Part shown: in pieces, positions 13,601 to 28,600 of the stretch | Layout: every line of letters begins with the position of its first letter | Position numbering within the stretch: the first letter of the stretch is position 1 | Origin: Perna viridis | Taxonomy: Eukaryota | NCBI GenBank assembly: GCA_037379345.1 | Contig: CM074513.1 | Span: 37,258,885 to 37,322,884, forward strand | Direction of reading: 5' to 3' | Length of the DNA stretch: 64,000 nucleotides | The notes under the pieces: model-generated | What the model saw: only the letters and a program-made list of their open reading frames with translations | Database searches by the model: none | Told to the model about the DNA's origin: nothing | Program-made: the position numbers and the translations under genes

Positions 13601-16600
13601 TTCCAGAATATTGATAAAAATTAATAAATCTTTCATAAACTCAGATCATGGTCATTTAGTTGAAGGCAAATTTGTATAGTACTAAACAGAAAATTTTTAT
13701 TGAGGTAATAGGTGTTAAATGTCTTTTTATGCTTTTATGACTCTCGCATGGAAGGTTAAGATTTTGTTACTAGAACATATATCTCCAAATTCGTAAGGTT
13801 TAGCCCAATTCTGACATGTGGTGCAAGTGTTCAGCATGATGAAATCTATCTGAGGTCATTTTTTTTGTGAAAATCTGTTCAACCTTGTTGGAGTTATTGT
13901 CCTTAATATAAGTCATTGTGCTTTTATGTTATTACTTTCAAAAATCTTTTCCTCTGAAACTACTGGGCTGAATTCAATGAAAGTTGTTATGGTTGTTACT
14001 TAGATATGAGCATTTGGAATTTTTATCCAAGAAAAAACATGACTGCTTTTGCAAAAAATAGAAAGTGACTCATTAAGCCTGGTGAGCAATTTAGGCTTTT
14101 TAGAGCTATAATTTACACTTTCCTTTTATTTTCGTAGATTCGTAAGAATGGGGATCCCAGTGGTATTATACAGTTCAGTGGTGTATCTCTCTCTGAGAGG
14201 ACAGTTGAAGAACCGTCAGGGATCAGTCCCTTAGAACTACAGTTCCCTATACAGAGGAAAGACTCCACTGGTGTCATAGGCTCAATACAGGTAAGGCATA
14301 AATGTTTACCTTTGGAACAGTTCATGTGGGAGATTTTCCTGCTGTCTCAAATTGGACATTTTTACATTAAAGCAAATTTTTGAACACATTCAATCATTTT
14401 GCTATTTTTCACTGAAAATTTATTAAATTTAACCAAAATCTTTACACAAACCTTACCTTTTTATATGGAAGATTTTTATTTTTCATTGATTTGTTGGAGT
14501 ACCCCCGCAATTTGGGGGAAAGGGGGTAAGGGACTGACATATTCATAAAAGTGTTAACACTGTTTAACCATCAATCTTTAGCCATTTTGTATCTGTTCTA
14601 TACATTGACTGTTTATTTACAATTGACTGAGTAGATTTACTTTTGAAGCTTCATTCCTATATGAGTTTTAAATCAGTGCACTGTTATTGTCTATATGTAA
14701 TAACTGATATTTAACATACATTTGACTTTTTATCTTCCTGGTTCTATTTTTTTTTCAGAATTGTTAATGGTCTTATATTCAGTATTTTGTCCTTCCTTAC
14801 ATTGTATTTCAATTTCAGACATGTACTTCATGAAGAACAAAAACACTGCATATGAAATCAAACTTCACTCTCTAAACACTTTTTTAAGGTATTTTGGGAG
14901 ATAACAGGACCATTTGATACAACAGCAGATTTCCAGCCAAAGAATGGATCAGTTTTTCTGGCTGATGAACAGCGGGATTCTTCATTTAGTATACAAATTC
15001 TTCCTGATACTTTACCAGAACTAACAGAGACATTCAAGGTCATACTGACCTCTGTTCAGGGTGGAGCTGAAATAGATACCAGTAATAATGAGGCTGTATT
15101 TCATATCAGGTATGAATGTTGTCTTATTTAATTATTGTTTGACTTAATTAAATTAGAATTTTAGTTAAATTTTAACTAAAAGTAATATGTGTTTATAACA
15201 TTGTTATCTTAAAATTTGATGCATATTTACAGTAATGTAATACAAAAATTACTGAAATGTTGCTTTTTCATATGAATTGTCATATTAAGATGTGTATAAA
15301 AACATGATGAAAAAAATCAAAAGTAACATCAAGAAACCAGTAAAAGAAAAAGGAGAAGCTAGATGGTTTGATAACCATGCTTTTTTATGTACAGATATAA
15401 TGACCACCCCCATGGGTTATTTGGATTAATCCAGTCACAGCAAGCTATACATGTAGATCCATCAGACCTTGTACGATCTGTCTTCCTCAACTTTACACGA
15501 CACCAAGGCACTTTTGGCTCTGTAACTCTTACTTTTGCAGTCAGTTATGATATTGTAAGTATCTTTGAATGGAGCTTTGATTATATGTAAAGGTAAACTT
15601 TTTCATAGGTGTAAGTTATATTTTTTAAATAATATAAAAAATTTTATAAAAATTATTGAACTCTTTTATAATTAAAAACACTTTTATAATTAAAAACTCT
15701 CTTTTTTTTTATTTAATGATGTGCATTGTATCCTGGTTGATTTATTTAGGTGTCTGTGCTAAAATCTTTATTTCAGCCTCAGTCTGGTGTAGTTCTTGGT
15801 AACACAGGTGGTCCTGTAACCTTTGCTGAAGGTCAAACAAGTGTCAGGGTCAGTATACCAATTGAAGGCAATGGGTTCCTAGCTGTTGATACAACATTCA
15901 CTGCTACACTGAGAACTGTGGACTATCTGGGACAAGGAGGTAACTCAATGTTTGTCAGTTATACCTATCAATGTTCTTCCTAATCTTGTTGTTTTTATGG
16001 AAATATGGTTTTTGACTAGATAAGATTCACCACCATCTGAAAAGTATATAAGGGATGATAAAATGTTTTTTGTCTTCATATGACATTGTGACATTCAATT
16101 TTTTTTTCAGTGACTGATCCTCCTGCCTTCCAGCCGACAGAAACAGAGGCTAAGATAAGTGTACCACAGGAGGCCGCCAACAGTGTGATTGGCTTTAGAG
16201 ATCTTATTGCTGGTGTTGATGAAGGTACTGCTGTAGATTCAAATGAATTTTCGGTAGCTTGTGTTATTTTTAAGAAACTTATGTTTGTGAATAATTTACA
16301 AACTAATTCAAGTTTAACCCTTATAGTGTTTGCTATAATTAAGGAATTTAAGTATGTGAAGAAAATCTAATTGTTGTAATAGTTCTATCCTTCTTTCTGT
16401 AGCAAGCAATACAGCAACAATGACTCTTCACAGAGAAGGAACATATGGCACAGTTACAGTCCCCTGGCAGATTGGGTACCCTAGTGGACAGGACCCTGTA
16501 CAAGGGTCCCTGGGGAGTATTACTCCATCAACTGGCACTGTTACTATACCACATGGAATGGAGACCAAATCATTTGCTGTTACAGTAAGACTATGATTGT

Positions 16601-19600
16601 ACCATGCATTACATATATAAATATTCTACATGTTGCTAAGGACTGTACTTTCAGATGTAAATACTTTCTTTGATGCAGTTGATACTGAAGCAAATGGTGA
16701 ATGTATGGGAACTGGAAGCTGATTGATATAGGGAGACTTGTTGTCAAACATTAATGACTTTATCTGGGTGCGATAAAAATCTCTCCACCAAAAATGGAGG
16801 ACAAGCAAACCTCCTTCATAAAAACAACAACAACAAATTTAAAAAATGACCAATAGGTAGTTGTAATTTGCATGTGGCAGCTAGGTTCTAGGAAAATGTT
16901 TATTATAAGTAAATTTTTCTTCATCTATACTCTTCTAAGTCAGGTGTTTATTTCATGTAGGTAACAGCTGTACCCAGTAGAGAGGAGTATTTTGTGGTAC
17001 ACTTACCACACATACCGTCTACAACAGTCTCTGGTGGAACAAGACTCGACAAAGACAAGAAGATAGTACAGATAGAACCTCATGGTGTCATTAGGTTTGC
17101 AGCTAATTCAATCAAACCTGTGGTATCAGAGTTGACTGGAAAGGTATAGTAGAAGAAAGTAATGGATTTAAAATTGTGAAATTGATAATGAAATAGTTTA
17201 AGATCTTAAATTACAAGATATTTAATGAGAAACAACTTCTTTAAATCTTCTGATTAAAATCTCATTGAAGTAATATATATTATACCCTAACTCAACCAGT
17301 GGTTGATACATTGGAATCTTCTGTCCATCTGTTCAAATGTTGTTGCAATTATCTCAATTTCTATTAGATGGATTTATTTCATACTACTAAGGGGGTTTTT
17401 AACATCCTTGACTACTCGTACGAGTCTCGAATGGACAGCGTCTTAATTTCATATTTATTATGTGGCTTTATATAGGTAGGGCATATGTTGTAAGCAATTT
17501 AGTTGAGATCCAATATCAGCTTCCTGTTTCTTGAATTGCCATACAAGTGGGGATATACCTATAATGTATGCAACCTCATGCTTTGTTAAGGTTTGAAAAC
17601 CAATATTCAAATGCACAGATAATGTTGTGTATATTTTGTAGGCATATTTGTATGTACAGAGAATCTTCGGCTCTCAGGGTAAAATAGAAGTGAAGTACAG
17701 ATCACAGGGCATTAGTGCTGATAGAAACTTTGATTATATTACTACTGAAACCAATGCTGTTATAATGGAACCAGGCCAAACTTCTTCAGTCATTCAACTT
17801 CAGGTTAGATGGTATTCTGTTTTATTTCCATACCACTGAGTTTTTAGGAGAATATTTTTAACAGATTGATCAAAACAGTGTATTTTTTTTTTAAATCTTT
17901 AAAAATTTAAGTTTACTCAAGTGGATTATGAAAATATGCCTACTGACATTATATGTAACATTTTTCTAGGTCTTACAAGACAATCACCCAGAAGAAGAGG
18001 AAACATTTCATGTAAACCTAACACATGTTGAAAAGTATCCCACAGAATTAGTTCCTAGTAAGTATACTTTTAATTTTGCATCACCTCATGTAATTTTAAT
18101 AGATTTATTGAATGGTAAAATTTGGTTTTCACTTGCTATATTGAATATTATTGCTTTTTGATCAAACTTGATGCAGCAAAATGTATTTGACATTGCAAAA
18201 TCATTGAAAAATGAACTGAAGATAATTATTATTTTTATTTCTAGAAATCTCTCCTAGACTGAGTACTTTGTACTCGTCATCCCTTGTTACCATTGAGGAG
18301 AGTAATGATCCCTATGGTATACTCAGTGTAGAACCGTCTGCTGTCTCTGTAGAGGAAGAGTTCAAAAAGGTCAATCTAACTATTCAAAGAACAGGTACAC
18401 AAAGATCTTTTTTTATAAAACCAGGGTTCTTTGCAGAAAGATTTATATTACTGGTATACATTCTGATTAGTAAAGTGACATTTCATTAAAAAAATTATGA
18501 TGATGAAAAGTAAATACTTGCATATGTATGTTGTACATGTGTTAACTGGTTAATTATTGTTATTTGTATGTCAAAATTTTGACAATTCATAACATGTTAC
18601 TTAATAATTTGCTTAGACAAGGGAACTCTATAAAAAGAAGTTTGACTTTATTTGTATTGTCTTCATGTATATTGATGATTTGTAGGAGGTTTGTATGGAA
18701 CGGTTAGTGTTGTTGTAAGAACAGTTGGAGGAGGTGAAATATGGACATCCCAGATAGTAGCCACATCCTCAGACTCAAATGATACTATAACTGAGATCCT
18801 AGGCAACAGGGATGTAAAGAGTAAGGCCACTGGAGGCCTGGACTATGAAATACTGGATACTAAGGTGCAGTTCCTACAGAACCAGATGACAAAGACTGTA
18901 TCCCTGACTATATTGGCTGACAGTGCTCCAGAGGCTGATGAAACTGTGGTTGTCTACCTGACACAGCCAACAGGTGGAGCTAGAATAGCTTTAGGGTCTC
19001 CAGATGGGGACAAGAAGGTAAATCCATATCTCCATTACCAAAGCAGTCATAGGTGTCACACAAAGTGGGGAGATTTTTTGTGATTCCCTCTGAAAAAAAT
19101 GTTGTTGAGTATCCGTCAGTCTGTCCATCTGACCATCTCCCAATTGTTCTTTTTCAAACTTTGTACAGTTATTTAGTATCATAAAATACAGATCAAGTTG
19201 GAATTTCAGCTTGATTGGATTATTTACACAAAAGGTACAGCCATTTTAAGGTGTTCCTACCCCAATTTTTTTAAATGACTTCATGTTATCTTTCTTTGCA
19301 TATTAAAGAATTGTGAAAGTTACTTCTTTTGGGGTATAATGGAGTCTAGATAAATTCAAATGTATTTTTGTTTGGTTTTTTTTTCACCAAATTTTATTTT
19401 TGCTGAATTAGTGTTATATTTCTTGGTATATGAATAGGTAAAATTGATTTTTATTAATTAATTGGGAGTTGCTGAATGGAATCTATATAAAGTTTTAATA
19501 TGAGCTTAATCTGTTGTTTCTGTGTAATAATTTGTAATTTAGCATATGACTACACAGCAATGTGGCTTGGAATCATTTAATGTCCCATTAGATGCTCTAT

Positions 19601-22600
19601 TTTTTAAAAATTCTAATAGAATCGATTCGGATAAGTACCAATAAATTATTTGAGTTGAAGGTGTGATTGTTTTGAAGGTTGAATCTGATCCTTGGATACA
19701 TAAAAGTTTCCATATTTTTCCAGGGTTTTTCCATTGTAACAATATTACACAATGATGTGTCCAATGGGATCATAGGGTTCTCTGAGTCATCCAAAGCTTT
19801 GACTGTCAATGAAGATACAGCTCCAACATTTACACTACAGCTATCTAGAATAAATGCTTACTTTGGTGAAGTAGAGGTAAGTTTGGAATCATTTCTATCT
19901 CTATTTATAATTGACCTTAAACTGTATCGCATAAACTGAGTAAAATGAAACATCAAACAAGCCTTGTGTGAAAGTCTTAGATCAATTTTAGTGGTAATTT
20001 AAAATATTATTTCTCTGTTGTGATTAACCAGATTTATAGGTTTATTCTGCATCTACACACATTCTGTTTATATTAAAATAGCACAGAACCATCAAATTGA
20101 GGCATTAAAAGCACAATATTATTACTGGTCTTAAGGAGAGTAATGATCCACTGGTGTGATAATGAATCAGGATCAGTAAGCATTTGGACATTAATATATT
20201 TTTGCGATTTGATCTGATTCCTCAATTAGCTTAACTGGAAAGTTTAAAAGGGGTTAATGACATCTCATAATTTTGTTTCTTAATCTGGACCAGTTTAATC
20301 TGCAGTTTGTAAACATTTTTGATTTACTGAGCCTGTAAGAGATAAAGACTAGACATTACCTAGTTATGTGACAATCGTCATTTTTTTATAATTAGTTGAA
20401 ATTTGATAGAAAAAACACAAACATGCCTGATTTTTCAAAATTGTGATAAGAATTGGGTGGTCAGTAAAGATCATAACACCCCTATTTCACAATCACTGTA
20501 TATATAACTATAGATGATTCTTACAAAATTTTTACCTAGGTTTCTTGGAAAGCTAAGGTACACCTGACTAGTACCACTACAGAAGATGTTGTTTTAGCTA
20601 ATCAGCTGGTGAAGACAGCAGGAACAGTAATTTGTCCTGCAGAACAGTCCTCATGTACATTTGACGTATCTTTAAAGAATGATAATGTAAGTTATCCAAG
20701 ATACTGTGTTATCTATTATATTTTAAGTAGCAGTCTTTCTTAAAATCAGACAGAAGGTGATTCATGCATGTCAAAACCCCAACAAATTCAGTTTTATTTC
20801 TTGTTCATAAACAGTAGCTGATCACATAACCAGTCTTAGATTTTCATTTGGTTGTTGCGCTTTTGAGATAAAAATTATATAGATTGTACATGAAATTTGT
20901 ACTTTGCAAGAGTTATCGTTCTTGATTTGGCTTGATTTGGTTGCTTTTAGTGGGAGATAAATGTATGATTCTCTCAAAAGTGCAAATCTGAATTCAGAAA
21001 AGATTGTTGTTAAGTGAAAGTATAGCATATGTAGACTGAAAAAGCATTGTTTGTTTGGTAGGTTTTGCTTGACCATGAATCACTTTTCCATTGGTAGTGT
21101 CTGAATTTTATGTGGACTGGTATTTAATTGGAAAACTTGTTTAAGGTTGTTTTGATTATCTGAAATAGAAGAACTCCCCCAAAAAGAAGTTAGTGGAATT
21201 TTATCCTTCAAGTCATAATTGATTGTAATTATTTAGTTCTTTTAAATGAAGCAATTTTATTTAAAAGATATTGTGAGTTGGTATGTCATAGTGAGGTACT
21301 GTCAAAAAGAATAGTAATGTCTTGTTTGAAAATAAAGTGATGTAATAGCTTTACAACCAGCCTTAATTGAATTCTTTAAAACTAGATTCCAGAGAATCAG
21401 TCAACATTTATAATCTTGCTGACTGATACTGGAAAAGATGCTGAATTGGACTATAGCAGTGCAGTAGCTAACATTACTGTAGAATCCAGTGATTTTGTTC
21501 ATGGTCTGATACAGTTTACTGAGGACTCTAGGTAAATAACATGGGGTTCATGGTCTGATAGTTTACTGAGGACTCTAGGTAAATAACATGGGGGTTCATG
21601 GTCTGATACAGTTTACTGAGGACTCTAGGTAAATAACATGGGGGTTCATGGTCTGATACAGTTTACTGGGGACTCTAGGTAAATAACATGGGGTTCATGG
21701 TCTGATAGTTTACTGAGGACTCTAGGTAAATAACATGGGGGTTCATGGTCTGATACAATTTACTGAGGACTCTAGGTAAATAACATGGGGGTTCATGGTC
21801 TGATACAGTTTACTGGGGACTCTAGGTAAATAACATGGGGTTCATGGTCTGATTGTTTACTGAGGACTCTAGGTAAATAACATGGGGGTTCATGGTCTGA
21901 TACAGTTTACTGAGGACTCTGGGTAAATAACATGGGGGTTCATGGTCTGATACAGTTTACTGAGGACTCTATGTAAATAACATGGGGGTTCATGGTCTGA
22001 TAGTTTACTGAGGACTCTAGGTAGATAACATTGGGTTCATGGTCTGATAGTTTACTGAGGTTTCTAGGTAAATAACATGGGGGGTTCATGGTCTGATACA
22101 GTTTACTGAGGACTCTAGGTAAATAACATGGGGGTTCATGGTCTAATAGTTTACTGAGGACTCTAGGTAAATAACATGGGGGTTCATGGTCTGATACAGT
22201 TTACTGAGGACTCTAGGTAAATAACAGAGAGGTTCATGGTCTGATACAGTTTACTGAGGACTCTAGGTAAATAACATGGGGGTTCATGGTCTGATACAGT
22301 TTACTGAGGACTCTTGATAAATAACATAGAGGTTCGTGGTCTGATACAGTTTTCTGAAAACTCTTGGTAAATGACATGGAAATAACAAAAGCCCCATTAG
22401 AATATATGTATTAACAAGTAGGAAGGGACTAATGGGAAATGTTGGTTTGATTATGATAAAAATTGGTAGATGCATGCTCTCTTTTGATGATTTCAGTTAT
22501 TCTTTGAATACAGTCTAACTGGTTATGATGTTTGATAATTTTTAGAAAATGTCTATTTCTTTATGTACTATAGTTTTACTACTGTTAATGATATTTTATT

Positions 22601-25600
22601 TTTATGAGCAATATTAATTACCATGTAACAATTATATTTTTTAGAATCATAGTAGTCCACAAGACTACAGAGAGTGTCCAGTTGAAGGTAGAGAGAATCA
22701 AAGGATTGAATTATGATGTTAATGTTAGTTACCAGACTTGGATGATGAATAATAAGAAAGTTCTTTATGATATAGACATCTACCCTGCCTATCAAAGTCA
22801 AGATTTCAGCCAGAAGTTTGGTCTCCTGTCGTTTGTGAAGAATACACAGGTAAGAAGTTCTTCCGTTATTCCATGGAGTTCTTTCACTAATTGGAATGTA
22901 AACCATTAACAGGCTTTTGTAAAAATGAGGCGTACCTACTGTCAACATTTTTTGAAATATTTTTACAAATATTCAGAAACAAGAAAAATATTTCTTCAGT
23001 AAATGAGCAATTAAGCCATTACAATAAGACAAAAATATTGCCATGACATTTGCCATATCTACTACAATAGCTTTTCATATATCGTTACAGGATATTAAGT
23101 ATATCGATGTTGCCTTGACACCTAGGACAGCATCAAATAACCCATTCCCAAAACAGTTCTATGTGGACCTGAAAAATCCTACTAATAATGCCAGGTATGT
23201 CTGCTTCACATATGTAATTCTAAATTAACCATATTATAATTTTGCATGTGGCTCTAACTTTCTTTTTTAACCTTTAAACTTTGTTGAAGCATTTTGTTTA
23301 TAAGATATAAAATCAGTAACAATTTGTTAAATTAAATTTCATTTAATTATTTATATAGTTTTGATCATTACCATAGAGATGTTATGTTACAGCATTCATC
23401 CACAACACTACAGATCAACTGTATTGATAGTACAAGAATCTAACCTACCAATATGGAGAACCATCATTAACCAGGAAACAACCAACAATGATACTGATAT
23501 CCTTAGGTATATATCATACTAGAGGATCCTTGTCATGTCAAATTTTGTGAAATAATATTGCTACCAAAAAAACATTTTTGTACACCAATATTTTGATAGA
23601 CATATTGTGGGACATTGTCAGTCTGTCTACTGACAAATGCTGTACAGTAACTCAAATATACTGTGAGAGATTTTATTCATTTTTTTTGTTTTTTGTCTGA
23701 AGTTATTGCACGAAGCTCCATTGAGTTATTTTAATTGTTGATTTTCACCTTTTTTGTGTCAGAGTTATGGGAGTTTAAAGACCAAAAACATGGACCCCAA
23801 GTATATCATATGTATTTTAGTACAGCTGTTTATTTAAGCCATTTTAAATGGCACACAAAATAATTTTCTGTAACCCTACATCAATTCTTGCCTTTATTCT
23901 TTTATTTTTGCCAGCTTTTAGGCAAGCCATACATTTTCAAGATATAAATGATAATGCACCGATACTGAGTGAAATGAAAACATTTAAAATTGTTCACCCT
24001 AGGTCATTACATTTTCTCATTGTAGAATGCTTGTGAAACTTGATTTGATTGTAAAAGAAAATTTAGATCCTACAGAATTATCTTTGGTGGAGAAGATTCT
24101 GGAAAATATTCTTGATGAAGGACAAACCAGGAAGTATGTTATTTCTTAAAAATCATAGTTTAAATACTTTTTGTTCAAGTTGATCATATGATACTGATGA
24201 AATGGAAACTGAACCATACTGTGATGTAAAATGTTTCATGCAGAAGAAGAACATTAGTTCTTTCCAATTCATGACTTTTGCTTAAACTTTATAAAGTTAT
24301 GTTTTAGATATATGGTTTATATATATATGTAAAATGAATATCTGTCCATCATTTGTTTTTGAACTTTTTTCTAAATGCTTTGATATATTGAGCTGATCTT
24401 TGGTATGCAAGTCTACCATGATGAGTTACAGATCATGTTTATGTTTCATTGAGATTTTCTATGAATTAAGGTCCTTTGAACTTTCTTTTTTTCTTAACTA
24501 CTTTTTATTTGAGAGTCCAATATGTGGATGTGTAACATCCAATAGTATCACACTGTGTGAAATACTTTCCACTGGAAAAAAAATCATATCAAATTTTATA
24601 ATAGTTAAATGTTTTCCATGGCTGTTAAATTGTCTCCATTCTCAACCTTAAGATGATTAAACATACAAGTGTCTGAAGAGGCTTTTTTTAGGGGTACTTT
24701 AAAAAAGTGGGGCTTGGTTTTTGTGGGGTAAAAAGAGTTCACAGTGTTATAGGTGTTAACAATTTGGATAGTTTTTGATATGACATGTTATACAGGATGT
24801 TTCTAGGTATCCTGGATGATATTTCATGGGATGTTTTACATATAGTTTTTCATCTAGGATATTATTCAATTGATAAATATTTATCCATTTTATCAAGAGT
24901 ATGAATTCTGTTCACTCTTCATAAGTGAACTATATTCAGGATATTATTTAATAGTATGAAATAATTTCCTGTGTATAATTATGAATTCTGTTCACTCTAT
25001 GTGAACTATTTTCTGGATATTATTTAATACTGTTTAAATGTAGTATGAAATAATAGCCTGTGTACAATTAGGAATACTTCCAGCTTTTTTGTAATAAGTT
25101 ATAGTAAATATCATTGTTCATGTAGTGGACACAATTTAATAAGTGTGGAAAGCTTTCCATAGTGAAATAATATCCTCTGGAAAAAAAATTAATTTGAAAT
25201 GAATCATTCCACAGGATAAGATTTCATCCGGATAGTATTATGTCTTACAGATGCATGGGGTATGTGAGAGCGCCCACTAAGGTTCTTTAATTTTTTTATC
25301 ACTTAAGAATGCCTGATGACATTTTGAATGAGTTACTGAACATTATGTGTACCATGCTGGATCCTACGAGGACAGATGCCACTAGAGGAAGAGCATCACT
25401 TGGACTGTTAATGGAGAAGTTATCTTATACCCAGCTGACAGGAAAACCATGTTCTTCACCTCAATATCCTGATATGTAAGTTCTCTAATGGTCATTTTTC
25501 GCCCAACTTATATATAGACAATTTTAAGTGCACTGACTTGCCATAAGATGGATACATATCAATGTGGCGTGGCTTAGAACCGCAGAAAAATGCAAGGCTG

Positions 25601-28600
25601 CCTGAAGCATTTTCCCCAGTTCTAGTAGAGTTTGTATTAGTATATCAAAGTTATCGCCAAGTCAGTACACAATTATTGTCTTTATACTGTAAAATGCATT
25701 TTAAGCCTGAAAAAGAAGATCTCTGATCCAGAGTGGGCAACATTCCAGGCAACTAGAAAAAAATCTAACATTAGTGACTAAAAGTTTATATTCAGTCATT
25801 GACTATATATAATATTACTTCTGAATATACACTCAATACATTTTGACTGCTCAGATAGAATGATTGCAGTAAACAAGTCCTTTGTGGTTCAATTTTTATG
25901 TACCAATACTTTATTTTTGTCTTCATCGATAGGAATATTACTCATACCACTCCTCTATGCTGATCTTTTTACAAATGCATGATACCCTGAATAACTATAA
26001 ATTTTAACTATATAAGGGGCATTTTACCCAGAGATAAAAGCAAATATTATCAAAATGTTTGCCTTAACCATATATTCATAAATTATGTCTCTATGTTTAA
26101 CAAACTTTTGTCTCGAGGCTTATTTTCCCAGCTTAAAATCTAAGAGGTAATGGGCAACTTGGCTATGTTAATTTTTGTTTATTTTTGTCCATGGAAACGT
26201 TGATAGTGATAGAACCAGACCTCTTTATACTGATTCATATTTTTATTAAATAATGTATAATCTGTTTGCTTTAGGTCAACATTACAGTATTGTTTGTATG
26301 CTAAGGTATCAGCAGCCAGGTGGCCTTTACAGAAAGTTCACAACTTCAAATATAAAGCTCAGTAAGTTAACTATTATTATCAATTAAATATATCAGATTG
26401 ACAGATGAAGGATTTGTTTTATTTACATATTTATTTACCTTTATGTAGTGTTTCCTTGTATTAGCTAGCATTTTTTTTTTTGTGTCTGAACAGAAGTATA
26501 TACTTCAGGAATACCTGTTATATATTTTCTGCCTATGAATAAATAGCCCCAATCACTAAACAACCTGATATGATAGATGAAATTTCTTATTCAATCATAA
26601 AGTGTGCTACTTCAGAAATTAATTTTGTTGAAAATATAATGAATTTATCAGTTTATACATGAAGATTTTTTGCTATATTAGATAATCTTTGTTTGTTTGT
26701 GGCCTAAAATGTCTTCATATTTATTTTTGAATAAAATGGTGATCATGGATATTTTGTTTGACATTACTTGTGGGCATATAGTATTGTACAATTTCAGTTC
26801 ATTGTATTTATTTTTACAGGAAACATGACTACTTCAGGATTCCTGAAGAAATTGTTGATCCTCCACAGGGCAATGTGAGTACACAATAGAAACTAAGGTT
26901 TAAGATTTTATCTTATATTAAGATTTGTTGGTATCTATACTTCTACTCACTGTACTTGATATACATGTACATGTATTTGGAGATAATTCTTCTAATTTTG
27001 ATGATCACTAGAATTTGTTGAATTCATGGGAGACAACTCTTAAATCTGAATTTTTCATCCAAAACTGAATGATTAGCATGATTTCTAAGTACTGTACTTC
27101 ATGGTTAATTCAGTTACTTTTTTTCTTTTGACAGTGTGTAGATTTCCATATTATTGAATACAGCAGTGAATTATGGTTTATGACAAGTGACCAGCCTCAG
27201 CTGTTGAGCAACAAGGTAAAGACTTTCTTATTGATTTGTTAAAAATAGACTATTTCCTGCATTTGTTGTTTTAAAAAGAACACTTATTTACAATAAATTG
27301 TATCTACGAAACATACCAGAATTTACCTCATTGTGATAGAAGTTGATTATGATTTGGTAGTACATGTAGTACTGAAAGCTTTAACCAATAAATGCTATGA
27401 ACATAGAATTGGCTGATTCAGTATGGTGTCATGTTTTTCTTATTAAGTTTTGAACCAAATACCAGATAACCCAGATATTATTGAATATCATTTTGTTTCT
27501 ATATGCTAATAAAAATATTAATATTATTCCTTCAGATTATTAATTTTGGTTTAAAGGGCAGACCATCAACTTACTCTGATAAACCTGCAGTATATAGTAT
27601 TCATACTACTGGTAGTCGCATAGCCACACGTCAAGCTCAGTAAGTTTGAAAAACATTTATAGTCACCTGCCCCATTAATATACAGGATTTTGAATCTTCA
27701 ATCATACTGCTATAATTTTGAAATGTCTAGGTTGATTAGTGTAACAACTCCTTAAATTGACCATTACACGCAACATGTTACATTGTTAAATTTAAGTTGC
27801 TTTTTACCCATCTGTTTTTGTTTCTGTATTATAAAACACTGTCCTATATTAATCATAGGATGGAATAGTTATTAAAAAGGCCTTGGTTTGACTTTTTATT
27901 TTTTTATTCGGAAATTTCATGATCCTGATAGTGATACTTGTCACTTGATTGGCGCAAACCATGTTTTATTTTTTTTTAAAAATACATATAGCTTTTTAGC
28001 AACTAAGAGTATGAATAATGTGAGCGTGCTTGATAAAGTTCTTACCTTAGCAGTATTTAGTCAATGATTTGCAGATAAGTATTTGTTTTTTATAGATGTG
28101 TATTCTATGACTATGGCTCAGGAGATTGGGTAAACCCATCAGGGTGGTGTCAGGTGACCAACAACATTGCTGCAGGGACCGACGATTTTGTAGATTGTTC
28201 ATGTAAACATTTGACACACTATGCTGTGAAGGCCACAGCAGTGGAGATGGATGTTGTAGGATATTCTACATGGTTTTTTATTGCCTGCTTTTTCTGTATG
28301 GTACGTGGAACATTACTTGGAATGAACTTTCATATGACTTTTTAAATCAAAATATTCATGTATAAAATAAATTAGAGATGATTAAGAAAAAAATGTTCCA
28401 TGTTACATATAATCTCTCTTTTTGGGTATGTATGGCCCAAGCCATAATGGTCCACCATATATGTTCTGTGTTACATGTTATAATCTCTTTTTCCAGATCT
28501 GTATGGCCCTAGCCTTTGTGGTCCACCATATATGTTCCATGTTACATGTCAAAATCTCTTTTCCAGATCTGTATGGCCCTAGTCATTGTGGTCCATTATA

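Noticed and set aside
21497-22379. CRISPR-like appearance of regular repeats (also 40311-40570 and 5934-7450)
   Set aside because: Head-to-tail units without unique spacers, no cas genes, eukaryotic intronic context.
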